Assembly: GCA_965217585.1 (NCBI GenBank)
Contig: OZ244561.1
Span: 1,088,001 to 1,152,000 of the forward strand
Origin: Candidatus Latescibacterota bacterium
GTDB taxonomy: Bacteria; Latescibacterota; UBA2968; UBA8231
DNA length: 64,000 nt
Reading direction: 5' to 3'
Within the stretch, counting starts at the first letter, position 1, and each line of letters begins with the position of its first letter. The translations under genes were made by a program, and so were the position numbers. This document shows positions 10,111 through 20,759 of this stretch, piece after piece. The notes under the pieces are model-generated. The model saw only the letters and a program-made list of their open reading frames with translations, ran no database searches and was not told where the DNA came from.

Positions 10111-11559
10111 TCATAGATAGGGATAGGTCGCTTCTGGGTCGTAGTCTGGCAAGAGTGCGTCATGGGGTTGGCCGGGAATTAAGCGCGTGCCATCCACAAA
10201 ACCTTCTGGTCGGTCTTTGAGGAATTCACTGAGGCGATTTCGCCAAGGCTGCATCCTAGTTTCAGCAGCGGGATCGCGAGACAGATCGCGCATTTCCTGC
10301 GGGTCTTCGTCCAAGTCGAAAAGATGTTCTTGGCCCGTTTGCGAATACCAGATGTACTTGCAGCGCCCATCGGTGACATAGTGATTGCCGTGGTCGCGGG
10401 CGTAACAGCCAGCGTGTTCTCCGTGCAGAAATTCTCTGACGCCGTCGGCATCGCCCTGCATGACGGGCAGGAGGCTTTTGCCCGTGCAGGTATCGGGGAT
10501 GTCGATGCCGGCTGCATTGAGGATGGTGGGCATGATGTCCTGGATGCCGACGGGACTTTTGCCAATGACTTCTGCGGGATAGTCCCAATTTTTGGGAGCG
10601 CGCATGAAAAATGGGACTCGCGCCGAAGCTTCATAGGGCCAGGTTTTGCGAAAGAGGTTGTGGTCGCCCAGCATTTCGCCGTGGTCGGAGGTGAAGATGA
10701 CTAAGCAGTTGTTGAGACCCCCAGTAAACTGGATGAGGCGGCCGATCTGATCGTCTATAAAATTGACCATGCCGTAATAGGCCGCGCGACAACAGCGCAT
10801 ATCGTGTTCGTTGAGACGAATTTCCCACCCATTGGGATTGAGACCTTTTTCGGGGCCATCGAATGCGGGCGCCCAGTCGCCGACGAGTGGATCGGGCAGA
10901 CTGCGGTGGATATAGCGGTCGTAATAAGGAGCGGGTGGAACAAGCGGGGGATGAGGATCGATAAAGGAAAGATTGAGAAAAAACGGCGCTGAAGGATCGC
11001 GTTTGCGCAGAAAGTCCATCGCCCGATCAACGCACCAGAAGGTATGCATCTGTTCTGCGGGCAAATGATGCGGGCGACCGATCCAGCCATTGGCGGAAAT
11101 GCCGTGGGCCATGCCGGGATCTACTTCGTTGCGGCCGTGGTACTGCCGCAGCCATTCGACATAGTCGTTGTCGGCACCCCGGGTGCCATCGGCTAGCTGC
11201 ATGTGGTCAAAGCCGTAGCGCTTGCGATGGGGGGTTAAGTGGAGTTTGCCGATCATCTCCGTCTGATAACCAGCCTTGGACAGCTCGCCGGCTAGGGTGT
11301 GCGGCGGCTGCCACGGAGCGCTTTTGAAGCCAACGGCCCCATTGGCCGCGGGCGCCGTGCCGGTCATCAAGCTGCGGCGCGCGGGAATGCAACTGGGGCA
11401 TTCGGAGTAGCCGTGGTGAAAGTGCGTGCCGGTGCGGGCAAGCCAGTCTAAGTTGGGCGTTTGCAGACACGAGGGACTGTGGGGATCGAGCCCCATGCAG
11501 TCGCCGCGCTGCTGATCGGTCATGATGAGCAGGATATTGGGGCGAGCGTCTGACATCAT
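10111..11559 (-). CDS. Sulfatase (formylglycine-dependent, arylsulfatase-like)
   Basis: RPNILLIMTDQQR, CIPARRSLMTG (CxPxR), GKLH, DPHPP, FTSDHG. Confidence 0.95.
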   Translation of the reverse strand: MMSDARPNILLIMTDQQRGDCMGLDPHSPSCLQTPNLDWLARTGTHFHHGYSECPSCIPARRSLMTGTAPAANGAVGFKSAPWQPPHTLAGELSKAGYQTEMIGKLHLTPHRKRYGFDHMQLADGTRGADNDYVEWLRQYHGRNEVDPGMAHGISANGWIGRPHHLPAEQMHTFWCVDRAMDFLRKRDPSAPFFLNLSFIDPHPPLVPPAPYYDRYIHRSLPDPLVGDWAPAFDGPEKGLNPNGWEIRLNEHDMRCCRAAYYGMVNFIDDQIGRLIQFTGGLNNCLVIFTSDHGEMLGDHNLFRKTWPYEASARVPFFMRAPKNWDYPAEVIGKSPVGIQDIMPTILNAAGIDIPDTCTGKSLLPVMQGDADGVREFLHGEHAGCYARDHGNHYVTDGRCKYIWYSQTGQEHLFDLDEDPQEMRDLSRDPAAETRMQPWRNRLSEFLKDRPEGFVDGTRLIPGQPHDALLPDYDPEATYPYL

Positions 11560-11583
11560 ATCATTCTCCGCTTAAGGGGTCTG

Positions 11584-13701
11584 TCAATCGGGTAGATGCA
11601 GCGTCACCGACTGGACGTGGTCGTATCCACCCGGCGCGCGAATCGGCTGCCGCTGGCTTTCGACGTCCACGCTGGTGCCCTGACAGGTGAAGCGGTACGC
11701 ACCCGCTTCGGGCAACACGAACCACGAGGTGCCCGCCAGATCGGCCCGCACAGCATAGGGCAGGACCGTTTGCTCGGCCAGCGGGGTCACGAGCACGCAG
11801 GCCCGGGCGACCGGTCGCCCGTCGCGCATCACTCGCACCAGCACTTCCGGCAATCGCTCGTGCGCCAGCGGCCCCACATCCCGCCCGGCGAGCCGGCGGA
11901 ACAACTCCTGTGACCAAGCCGTCGTCGCCGTCGGACGAGAAACCGGCTGCTGTGGGTCGCACCAGTTGAGACACAGCCGATGCTTGCCCCGCGCCGCCAG
12001 CGTCCCCACACCGAAAGGGTCAATGCGGGCATCCGCCCCCGACTGCGACGGCCACGTGACCTCCATGTCGAGCGGTCCAGCCAACATCCCCGGCACGTGG
12101 TCGGTAAAGCCTCGGTAGTCCATGTCGGCAAAGAAAAACGTCTGTAGCCCGTGTACATTGCGCTCCGGCATTGAGGTCAGAAATTCCCACCAGCCTTCCG
12201 ACAGTGGCGGCTCCTCCTGCTCTCCCCAAGAGGCTTCCGCGAAGATGCCCGCCTCACCGACCCGGATCGGTTTTACCGGGAGCCTACTGCGGATCACGTC
12301 GATGCTCTCCTCAATGTTCTCCAAGCCGCTAAACAGCCGATAGCAATCAATCAACTCTATCAGTTCGTCCGTGGCCACCGACGGATCAAAGGTGACTTCG
12401 GCGATGCGGCTGTCGTCGAGTTCCTTCACCTTGCGCAGCAGAGGCACGCAGTATTCGGGTTCCCTTGCGTCGGTAATGTCCCAAAACAGTATCGACGGGT
12501 GGTTGCGGGCCGAGCGGATCCAGCGATCAGCCACTGCTAGCTGGTACTCCCTTACCAGCGCCTGCTCCCGCACGTCCAGCCCTGGCGTATACACCTGTCC
12601 CGTACCAACGCAAAAGTTGGCACCTACCACGAACACGCCAAGCTCGTCGGCCACGTCGTAAAACACCGGCGGCGGGTCGTAGCGGTGGTGCTCGACAATG
12701 CTGACATTGGCGTCGGCCAGATCGACGAACTTCCGCGTCAACCACTGACGCTCGTACACGTACGGCACCGTGTGATCTCCCCAAGGCATTAGCTGAGTGC
12801 CGTTGAGCAACAATCGATCCCCCTCGCTCCAGATCTCGCGGAAGCCGAAACGCGTCACGGCGGTATGCACGGCACGACCTGCTGAGAGCAGCGAGCTTTC
12901 AAGGAAGTACAACACCGGCTCGCCATACGGCGGACGGCCCCAGAGCACGGCGTCGCGCCAGGACGCTGCGGTCTCCAAGCGACGACTCTCCCCCGGTGCC
13001 AGATCGAGATCGCAGCCTGCGAGTTCCAACTCAGTCTCGCCCGCGCGGCGCACCCGGAGACGAACGTCGCCGTGAAACCCTTCATCGCCGTCGTTGCGGA
13101 CGGTCAACCCAACGCGGATTTCGCGCTCCCGCACCGACGTGCCGATCTGCACGTCTTCGACCCGCACCCGCGACTCCCAACTCAGCCACACATCCGACTC
13201 CATGCCAACGGTGGCGGCGCTCGTGAACCAGAAGCGAGTGTCGAGGGCCTTTTCCGCCTCTTCGCTCAGCCGTGGGGCGTCGGGATGAGCATAGCGGCCG
13301 CTACAGTTGTGGGTGAACACATCCAGTCGGTGATCCTGACCCGGACGAATGCTAGCGGTCAGATCAATGCGCCAAGGCAAGCGCATACCATAGTGCTCGC
13401 CGAGCACTTCACCGTCGAGATAAGCTCGCCCAAAGTGGCGGACCCTCCCTAAGTCGAGGACGATGCGCCCGCCTGCATCCCAGCCTTCGGGCAGGCGCAG
13501 ATCTGTTCGGTACCAGCCGGACTCGGGCGGCTCGTCTTCAAATTCGCGCGAGCGATGAGGCACGCGCACGCGCTCCCAGCCGTCGGTTGGCGGGTCGCCA
13601 TCGGGGCCTTCAGCAAACTCCCACTCGCCGTTCAGCAGCAGGCGAACATCGCCGCCCTCGATCGCGTCCCGAAGTACCTTAGTATGAGTACTCGAGTCCA
13701 T
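11584..13701 (-). CDS. Glycoside hydrolase family 2-like protein
   Basis: LNGEWEF, GWYR sugar-binding domain, FGFREI..EGDRLLLNG, FYDVADELG, RNHPSILFW. Confidence 0.78.
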   Translation of the reverse strand: MDSSTHTKVLRDAIEGGDVRLLLNGEWEFAEGPDGDPPTDGWERVRVPHRSREFEDEPPESGWYRTDLRLPEGWDAGGRIVLDLGRVRHFGRAYLDGEVLGEHYGMRLPWRIDLTASIRPGQDHRLDVFTHNCSGRYAHPDAPRLSEEAEKALDTRFWFTSAATVGMESDVWLSWESRVRVEDVQIGTSVREREIRVGLTVRNDGDEGFHGDVRLRVRRAGETELELAGCDLDLAPGESRRLETAASWRDAVLWGRPPYGEPVLYFLESSLLSAGRAVHTAVTRFGFREIWSEGDRLLLNGTQLMPWGDHTVPYVYERQWLTRKFVDLADANVSIVEHHRYDPPPVFYDVADELGVFVVGANFCVGTGQVYTPGLDVREQALVREYQLAVADRWIRSARNHPSILFWDITDAREPEYCVPLLRKVKELDDSRIAEVTFDPSVATDELIELIDCYRLFSGLENIEESIDVIRSRLPVKPIRVGEAGIFAEASWGEQEEPPLSEGWWEFLTSMPERNVHGLQTFFFADMDYRGFTDHVPGMLAGPLDMEVTWPSQSGADARIDPFGVGTLAARGKHRLCLNWCDPQQPVSRPTATTAWSQELFRRLAGRDVGPLAHERLPEVLVRVMRDGRPVARACVLVTPLAEQTVLPYAVRADLAGTSWFVLPEAGAYRFTCQGTSVDVESQRQPIRAPGGYDHVQSVTLHLPD

Positions 13702-13704
13702 AGC

Positions 13705-15519
13705 TTACCCCTCGTTGCGAGCCATTGCCCCGTTCGGCTCCAGCCGGATAAAGGTCTTCAACAGCTCCCACTGCCAAGAATGCGGGAAGCCGTAGGGATC
13801 TTGCTGACTCGGCCAGCCAGTCCAGCGGGTGGTGTTGCAGGGGTAGCGGATAATTAGCTGCGCTAGGAAGATGTCGGGCAACTCCCGCACCCAGATTTCC
13901 ATCGCCTTGACGAACAGCTCCATGAGTTCCTCGTCGCCGACCTGTAGGGGGGCGATGCGCTCGACAATGCGGTCAAATTCCTCGTCGCGCCAGCGCGAGG
14001 TGGCCGACCACAGCGGTACCGGCTGCCCCGTGGGCCGGAAGTACTGCGAGGTGTAGTAAGACAGCATCAGATAGGGGTCCATGCCGCGCACGCCGCTGGG
14101 TCCCTTGCAGCCGAGAGAAACCTTCTGCTCTCCCGTCTGCACGAGAGAGGTCAAGCCGGGTGAGGTGTCAAAGTTCGCATCAAAGCCGGCGTCGCGTAGT
14201 TGCTGGGTCAGCGGCGGACCGTAGGCCCGCAACCACTGCGGCACGTACATGGCGATTTCGAGGCGCTCGTCCTCTGAACTGACCCACAAGCCCTCGTCGT
14301 CCTTGCGATAGCCTTTCCCCTCCATGATCCGGTCCACCTCTTGCAGGTGTGGCTGGCTGTCGTACCCGTGCTGCGCGAGGATCTCCTGCAGGGCCTCGTC
14401 AAAGGGCGCAAACCATTCGTAGGGCGTGAAGGGATGCAGCGCGACCACGCCCGCCCCCGACTCGGCTAGCTGGACGAGTTTCTCCCGATCAATGGCCATG
14501 CTGATCGCCCGGCGAATCTGCGGATCGTCAAAGGGCGGCTCCGAGCAGTTCATGTTGAGGTCGATGGGGCACCAGTCCAAGTAGCCGTAGGGCGGCTGCC
14601 GATCAGCGAAGGTCACGACCCGCGCATTGCGTTCTAATACGCTTTCGAGGGTGAGCACCTGCATGATGGGGGCCATGTCGAGCTGATCGGTCAGCAGCAG
14701 TTGCGCGGCCTGACTCTCCTCCTGCTGCGGCACATAGATAATTCGCTCAATCCTCGGCAGGCGCTTGAACCCCGTCTTGGCCGCCCACCAGTCCTGGCGC
14801 AGATCGTAGATTTTCTGGTGCGGTGAAGCATGGACCAGGCGGTAGGGACCCGTGCCGAGGGGCAGGCCGCCGTCGATGTCGTGGAAGGTGAACTCTAGGG
14901 GGTCCTGGCCTTTCCAGATGTGCTCGGGCAAGACGAAGATGCCGTGGTTGCTGCTCAGCGTGGTCGCCCAAAACGCCGGCCCCGCCTTTTTCAGCACCAG
15001 CCGCACGGTGTGGTCGTCAACGACCTCGGTAGAGTCGAAGAACTCGGGCAGATCGGCCAGATGCACCATGGACTCGGCGTGATCGCGCAGCAGACCGAAG
15101 GTGAAGGCCACATCGCGCGCCGTGAAAGGGACGCCGTCCGCCCATTCGATGCCCTCGCGGATCTTCACGGTCAGCACGGTAAAGCTGTCGTTGTACTCCC
15201 AGCTTTCGGCCAGCCAGTTCTCGTGTTCCCCGGTTAGCACGTTGTACATAATCAGCGGCTCGAACACCGCCGGCAGCGTGCCCATGTGGTATCCTTGGTC
15301 GGAGCCGGGAATGTAGGGGTTCTGATTGTCGAACAGGGAATACTGATTCGGACCGCCATTCATCAAAATCATGGTGCGGTCCCGGGGGACCTCGTCCAGC
15401 ACCACAGCCGGCCCGCAGCTAGCCAAAATTGCACACGCCGCGAAGATGGCATGTAGGGGCGACCGGCCGGTCGCCCCTACGGACGAAATCAAATGCCTCC
15501 AGCCCATTCGCCTCATCAT
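13705..15519 (-). CDS. ABC transporter substrate-binding lipoprotein (family 5, Opp/Dpp type)
   Basis: Lipobox LASC; WLAESWE, IREGIEWADGVPFTARDVAFTF, GTGPY, RRAISMAIDRE. Confidence 0.92.
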   Translation of the reverse strand: MMRRMGWRHLISSVGATGRSPLHAIFAACAILASCGPAVVLDEVPRDRTMILMNGGPNQYSLFDNQNPYIPGSDQGYHMGTLPAVFEPLIMYNVLTGEHENWLAESWEYNDSFTVLTVKIREGIEWADGVPFTARDVAFTFGLLRDHAESMVHLADLPEFFDSTEVVDDHTVRLVLKKAGPAFWATTLSSNHGIFVLPEHIWKGQDPLEFTFHDIDGGLPLGTGPYRLVHASPHQKIYDLRQDWWAAKTGFKRLPRIERIIYVPQQEESQAAQLLLTDQLDMAPIMQVLTLESVLERNARVVTFADRQPPYGYLDWCPIDLNMNCSEPPFDDPQIRRAISMAIDREKLVQLAESGAGVVALHPFTPYEWFAPFDEALQEILAQHGYDSQPHLQEVDRIMEGKGYRKDDEGLWVSSEDERLEIAMYVPQWLRAYGPPLTQQLRDAGFDANFDTSPGLTSLVQTGEQKVSLGCKGPSGVRGMDPYLMLSYYTSQYFRPTGQPVPLWSATSRWRDEEFDRIVERIAPLQVGDEELMELFVKAMEIWVRELPDIFLAQLIIRYPCNTTRWTGWPSQQDPYGFPHSWQWELLKTFIRLEPNGAMARNEG

Positions 15520-16578
15520 TCACCTACCTCCGTAGGACAGGCCGGCAACCTGTTCTTCCGACAGCACGGTGGCCTCCTCGTAGAGATAGCAGGCAGCAGC
15601 GCGGCCAGCATCGGTCTGCACCAGCGGCGGACGCTGTTGCCGACAGCGGGGCATGACGTGGGGACAGCGTTCGGCAAAGGCGCAGCCGCCGGTGATGCTC
15701 GGGGTCGGTGAGTCCTCTTCCACAGTCGGCGACTTCACCGCGCCGCTAGGCGTGCCATCGATGGCCCCTTCTCCCCAGCGGCGTTTTGCGTCCGGCAGCG
15801 GGATGGAACTCACGAGTAGCTGCGTGTAGGGGTGTTTCGGTGCCTTGATGACCTGCTCCACGCCGCCCACCTCGACTACCGCACCTTGGTACATGACGAG
15901 AATGGTGTGACTCAGTTGGTACGCCGTAGTCAGGTCATGCGTGATGTACACCAGACTGATGCCGCGCTCTCGGTGGATGCGAGACAAGGTCTCCAGAATG
16001 GTAGCACGCAACGAGGCGTCCACCATGGACACTGGCTCGTCGGCCACGATCACGCGCGGATCGAGCAGCAGCGCCCGCGCCACCATGATGCGCTGGCGCT
16101 GACCGCCGCTTAGCTGATGGGGATAACGTCCAAGGGTCTCCTCCGGGCGCAGACCGACCGCTTGCAGCCCCTCCTCAATCCGCTGCCACCGCTCGTTGCG
16201 CGACAGCTCTGGAAAGAACTTGGCGACCGGCACCGTCAGAGTGTGGTCCACCCGGTAGAACGGGTTGAACACCTCAAAGGGATCCTGAAATACAGCCTGC
16301 ACCTGCCGGCGGAAAGTCTGGCGCGCCTTAGCGTCGAGCGCGTGCAGTTCCACACCCCGGTAGCGCACCGATCCATCGGTGGGAGGCAAAATACCCAGCA
16401 GCAAACGCGCCAAAGTGGTCTTGCCGCTGCCGCTCTCGCCGGCAATGGCCACCACCACAGGCTCGTCCTCCGGGATTACCAGCGAGGCGTCGGCGACCGC
16501 GACGAACTGCTGTCGATCGAACACGCCGCCGCCAAAGGCTCGGCTGGCTCCCCGCGCTTCGAGCAGTGGCGTACTCAC
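15520..16578 (-). CDS. Oligopeptide-type ABC ATP-binding protein (OppF-like)
   Basis: GESGSGKTT, LSGGQRQR, ADEP, HPYTQLL, C-terminal Cys cluster. Confidence 0.93.
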   Translation of the reverse strand: MSTPLLEARGASRAFGGGVFDRQQFVAVADASLVIPEDEPVVVAIAGESGSGKTTLARLLLGILPPTDGSVRYRGVELHALDAKARQTFRRQVQAVFQDPFEVFNPFYRVDHTLTVPVAKFFPELSRNERWQRIEEGLQAVGLRPEETLGRYPHQLSGGQRQRIMVARALLLDPRVIVADEPVSMVDASLRATILETLSRIHRERGISLVYITHDLTTAYQLSHTILVMYQGAVVEVGGVEQVIKAPKHPYTQLLVSSIPLPDAKRRWGEGAIDGTPSGAVKSPTVEEDSPTPSITGGCAFAERCPHVMPRCRQQRPPLVQTDAGRAAACYLYEEATVLSEEQVAGLSYGGR

Positions 16579-17558
16579 GAGACCTCAGTGTGCAGGTGAC
16601 AGGCCGCCCGGCGCTCGGCAGCCACCAATTCTAACTCTGGCACGCGATCCGAACAGCGATCCATCACCTGCGGACAGCGCGGGTGGAAGGGACATCCCGG
16701 CGGCGGCTCCAGTAGCGAGGGCGGCAGTCCAGGAATGCCGCGAAATACGCCTTTGCGCTCCAGCGACGGCAGGCTTTCTACCAGCATGCGCGTGTACGGA
16801 TGCAGCGGCTCTTCGAGCAGGCTTTGCACCGGCCCCAGTTCGGCCAGCCGACCGGCGTACATCACGCCGATGCGGTCCACGCACTGGGCCATCAAACCCA
16901 TGTCGTGGCCCACCAAAATCACCGCGGCGTCGAGTTCCTCCTGCACGCGAAACAAGGTGTCCATCACCCGCTTTTGCACCACCACATCCAGAGCGCTGGT
17001 TGGCTCGTCGGCGACGATCACCTGGGGGCGCAAGGCCACGGCAATGGCCATGCCCACGCGCTGTTTCATGCCGCCGCTGAGTTCGTGGGGGTACATGCGC
17101 GCCGTCGCCGGGTCCAGCTCGACCAGCGCCAGCAGGTTCCGCACCCGCTCCTGCAGGGCCTCGCGGTCCGGCCGCTCCTCGTGCGCCTCAATCGTGTCAG
17201 CGATCTGTGCGCCCACTCTCATCACCGGATTGAGCGAGTTCATCACGCCCTGGGGGATCAGGGAAATGCGCGAAAAGCGCACAGCCCGCATCTCCTCCTC
17301 GGACAGTGCCAACAACTCCAGTTCGTCGAGATCGACCCGGCCCGCTTCGATCCGCCCGGGCGGCCGGATCAGTCGCAGCAGAGCCATGGCCGTCGTCGAT
17401 TTGCCCGAGCCAGACTCGCCCACCAAACCCAACCGCTCTCCCGCCCGCAACTCAAAGCCGACGCCCTCCACGGCGCGCACCGGTCCCCTCGGAGTGTGGT
17501 AGTGGACGCGCAGGTCCTGCACCCGCAGCACGACGCGGCTCTTGCTCTCGGCGTTCAC
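16575..17558 (-). CDS. Oligopeptide-type ABC ATP-binding protein (OppD-like)
   Basis: GESGSGKST, LSGGMKQR, DEPTSALD, GCPFHPRC; GTG start at 17558 overlaps the upstream stop. Confidence 0.93.
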   Translation of the reverse strand: MNAESKSRVVLRVQDLRVHYHTPRGPVRAVEGVGFELRAGERLGLVGESGSGKSTTAMALLRLIRPPGRIEAGRVDLDELELLALSEEEMRAVRFSRISLIPQGVMNSLNPVMRVGAQIADTIEAHEERPDREALQERVRNLLALVELDPATARMYPHELSGGMKQRVGMAIAVALRPQVIVADEPTSALDVVVQKRVMDTLFRVQEELDAAVILVGHDMGLMAQCVDRIGVMYAGRLAELGPVQSLLEEPLHPYTRMLVESLPSLERKGVFRGIPGLPPSLLEPPPGCPFHPRCPQVMDRCSDRVPELELVAAERRAACHLHTEVS

Positions 17559-18412
17559 GACGAGACCTTCCATATGCGCGGATTGGCGATGCGATCCAAT
17601 CCCATGGAGACGAGGAACAAGCCGATGAAAATCAGTACGATCATCACTATCGGCGGCGCCCACCACCACCACATTCCCCGCAGCAGCGAGGTGTAGTACA
17701 AAGCCCAGTAAATGGTCATCCCAAGGGTAGGCTCGTTCTGCGGCCCCAAGCCCAGCGCTTCCAGTCCAATCGACGCCAGCACCGCGGCACCCACGGCGCT
17801 GACAAAGCTGGCCGCCAGATAGGGCAGCAGGTTCGGCAGCAGCTCACGGGCGATGATCTCCAAGTCCCTCATGCCGGAGAGCCGCGCCACCTGCACGTAG
17901 GCGCGCTCGCGCATCGACAGCACCTGCGCGCGGATCGTGCGCGTCGGCAGCATCCACGCCAGCGAGGCCACCACCAAGGCCATCATATCGACGGTGACGG
18001 CCGTGCGCAGAGAGGTCGCCAACACCACGAGAAACAGCAGTCCGGGCACAGTCAGCAGCACGTCAGCGGCACCCCGAATCAAGGTATCTACCAAACCGCC
18101 AAAGTACCCAGCGAGAAAGCCGAGGATAATACCGATGCCAAGCCCCACAGCACCAGCGAGAAAGCCGACCCTGAGCGTGAGCGGCGTACCCGCCACCATC
18201 ACCGCGAGCAGGTCCCTCCCGGCTGCATCAGTACCGAGAAGGTGCTCCAGCGACGGCGATAGATTGGGTTCTGCCGAGCCGACGCGGGCCAGATTCGTAT
18301 CGACGAACAGGGTCCCCACAGGACCAAAGGCGAGCACGACAAAGACGATGATTAAGCCGGCTGTTAGCTGGGGATGGCGGCGCGCCGCTGTGGAGAGCGA
18401 AGAGAGCGTCAT
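17555..18412 (-). CDS. ABC transporter permease (OppC-like)
   Basis: HLLGTDAAGRD, RAQVLSMRERAYVQVARLSG, LLPN. Confidence 0.92.
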   Translation of the reverse strand: MTLSSLSTAARRHPQLTAGLIIVFVVLAFGPVGTLFVDTNLARVGSAEPNLSPSLEHLLGTDAAGRDLLAVMVAGTPLTLRVGFLAGAVGLGIGIILGFLAGYFGGLVDTLIRGAADVLLTVPGLLFLVVLATSLRTAVTVDMMALVVASLAWMLPTRTIRAQVLSMRERAYVQVARLSGMRDLEIIARELLPNLLPYLAASFVSAVGAAVLASIGLEALGLGPQNEPTLGMTIYWALYYTSLLRGMWWWWAPPIVMIVLIFIGLFLVSMGLDRIANPRIWKVSS

Positions 18413-19410
18413 CGGCGGTAGGCAATGCGCGGATCGAGGAGCGGATAAACCAAGTCGAGGATCAGAGTCACCAAGGCGATAGCCAAGATAACCATGAGCA
18501 CGACGCCGTAGATGACGAAGTAGTCAAAAGTCTGCACGGCGCGGTACAGCACCGTACCCACACCCGGATACGCGAACACCACCTCCACCAGCACGGCCCC
18601 AGACACCACGTAGCCCATAGCCAGCGCCAAAGCCGTAGTCTGCGGCAACAGAGCGTTGCGCAAGGCGTAGCGGAAGAAAATCTCGCGGCTCTTCAGCCCT
18701 CGGGCCTCGGCGTAGTTCACGTAGTCCTCGCCCTGAACGGTGACCATCATGCCGCGCATCGACAAAGCCCAAAACCCCACCGACGACAGCACAATCGACA
18801 GGGCGGGAACGATGGAGTGATAGATCACGTCAATGGCAAAGGCCAAGGTCGGCCCAGGCAGCGTTCCCAAGGTAAAACCACCGCCGAGGGGAAAGGCGCC
18901 CAGAGTGAAACCCAGCAAGAACACAAGAACCAAGCCAAGCAAGTAATAGGGAATCGCCGACAGCGCCAAGAAAGGCGCGGCAAAGTAGTGCAGGGCACCG
19001 GGTGATCGCGGCCAAGCCAGCAAAGCGCCGAGCACCGTGCCGAGGGCAAAGGCGATCAGCGTCGCCGTCGTCAGCAGACCGAGCGTCCACGGCAGGGCGC
19101 GCATGATGATGTCGGAAGCGCGGCTCGGAAAATTGGCGATAGAAACCCCAAAGTCGAGGCGCGCCACATCCCCGAGGTAGCGCAGGTACTGCTTCCACAG
19201 GGGTTGATCGAGACCGAAGCGAGCCTCATACGTGGCCACCACCGCCTCCATGTCGGTCTTGCCCGCGCCGCCGAAGGACACCGCCTGCAACAAGCGTTCG
19301 CGGATGGGATTCACCGGAGCCAGCCGGGGCATCAAGAAGTTGATGGTGGCCCCTGCCCACACGATGAGCAGGAACACCCCGAAGCGGCGAAAGACGTAGT
19401 TGAGTGACAA
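18409..19410 (-). CDS. ABC transporter permease (OppB-like)
   Basis: FGLDQPLWKQYLRYL, EDYVNYAEARGL, RNALLP, LDPRI; probable TTG start just after the enolase-family stop. Confidence 0.9.
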   Translation of the reverse strand: MSLNYVFRRFGVFLLIVWAGATINFLMPRLAPVNPIRERLLQAVSFGGAGKTDMEAVVATYEARFGLDQPLWKQYLRYLGDVARLDFGVSIANFPSRASDIIMRALPWTLGLLTTATLIAFALGTVLGALLAWPRSPGALHYFAAPFLALSAIPYYLLGLVLVFLLGFTLGAFPLGGGFTLGTLPGPTLAFAIDVIYHSIVPALSIVLSSVGFWALSMRGMMVTVQGEDYVNYAEARGLKSREIFFRYALRNALLPQTTALALAMGYVVSGAVLVEVVFAYPGVGTVLYRAVQTFDYFVIYGVVLMVILAIALVTLILDLVYPLLDPRIAYRR

Positions 19411-19411
19411 G

Positions 19412-20554
19412 TTAGCTCGACTCCGCGTCGAAGAAGCCGAGGTCCTCGCGCGCCGCGCTGCGCGCCACTTCCTCGTCGAGTGTGACTCCAAGACCAGGAG
19501 CCTGCGGCAAGGGGATCCGCCCGTTGACGATCAGATCGCGTTCTACCGTGAGGCTGTTCCACAGCTCGTTGTCGAGGTGGTGGAACTCCAACACTTGAAA
19601 GTTGGGCGAAGCAGCGCACGTGTGGCACATGGCCACCGTGCCGATTGGGCTACAAATGTTGTGCGGTGAAATTGGGATGTAATAAATGTCGGCCAGATCG
19701 GCGATGAGCCGTCCCTCGGACAGGCCGCCGGCCTTAGCCAGATCGGGTGAGATGATATCCGTCGCCTGCGTCTCGACCAGCTCGCGGAACCCGTGGCGCG
19801 TGTACAGGTTTTCGCCGGTGCAGATCGGCGTGCGCGTCGCGTTCTTCACTTCCTTGAGCGCGACGACGTTTTCGGCCGGAATTGGATCTTCCAACCACAT
19901 CAAATCCAGCGCTTCAAAGGCATAGGCAACCTTGAGAATGTCGTGGGGAGCGTACGCCCAGTGGGCGTCGATGAGCAAATCCGTGTTGGGATGCAGCGCC
20001 TCGCGGAGCGCTGTGACCACTTCGATGTGGAAGGCGATGTCGCTGTTGCTCATGGTGCGATTGTAGTGGTCGCGCCGGTCGGGACGCGGGTCGATGTCGA
20101 ACTTGATGGCGTCGAAGCCGCGCGCTTCCACTTCCTTGGCCTTGGCCACCCAAGATTCGGGATTATCGTCCTCGTCGCCAGCGTGACAGTCGTTGTACAT
20201 GCGAATTGAGTCGCGGTACGCGCCGCCCAGCAATTGCCAGATCGGCACGCCAATCGCCTGCCCGGTGATATCCCACAGCGCCATCTCAATGCCGCTGATC
20301 GCGCTCATCACCGCGCCTTGGTAGTACCCCGACGCCGACATCGAACTTTTCATGTCGCGGAAGAGCTTGTCAACGTTGCGCGGGTCTTGGCCGATGAGAG
20401 CGCGTTGGGTGAGGCGTTCGTCCACGGCAATGTGGTGGACGCCGGCCCCGTGATAGGCCTCGCCAATGCCGGTAATCCCCTCGTCGGTGCGCACCTTCAC
20501 CAGCACCCACGGCATGGGTTGCAACAGCACAGCACCCACGTCAACAATTTTCAT
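19412..20554 (-). CDS. Mandelate racemase/muconate lactonizing enzyme family (galactonate dehydratase-like)
   Basis: VKVRTDEGITGIGE, SGIEMALWDI, KFD, D-x-H, WLEDP, TGEN, PHN, PGLGV. Confidence 0.9.
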   Translation of the reverse strand: MKIVDVGAVLLQPMPWVLVKVRTDEGITGIGEAYHGAGVHHIAVDERLTQRALIGQDPRNVDKLFRDMKSSMSASGYYQGAVMSAISGIEMALWDITGQAIGVPIWQLLGGAYRDSIRMYNDCHAGDEDDNPESWVAKAKEVEARGFDAIKFDIDPRPDRRDHYNRTMSNSDIAFHIEVVTALREALHPNTDLLIDAHWAYAPHDILKVAYAFEALDLMWLEDPIPAENVVALKEVKNATRTPICTGENLYTRHGFRELVETQATDIISPDLAKAGGLSEGRLIADLADIYYIPISPHNICSPIGTVAMCHTCAASPNFQVLEFHHLDNELWNSLTVERDLIVNGRIPLPQAPGLGVTLDEEVARSAAREDLGFFDAESS

Positions 20555-20710
20555 CGCTACCCTCCACGTCTGTTAGTATCCTCAATCAGCGAGAGGCATT
20601 TATACAGCCATTGAGTAAGGACAGGCACCTTATTAGATTGAACATGGCGGCCAAAGCGCCGCCAATGTATCGCCTCCCCCACCCTCCGTCAAGCTCTGCG
20701 GAAGAAACGA

Positions 20711-20757
20711 CGACGCTCGCGATGCTTTGACGTTTTAACGCTATGAGGTTATCACCT
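20711..20757 (+). promoter_or_regulatory. Putative toxin-antitoxin promoter with 8-bp periodic operator repeats
   Basis: CGATGCTT-TGACGTTT-TAACGCTA-TGAGGTTA in 8-bp phase; TTGACG-17-TATCAC just upstream of the antitoxin ATG (possibly leaderless). Confidence 0.45.
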
Positions 20758-20759
20758 TT

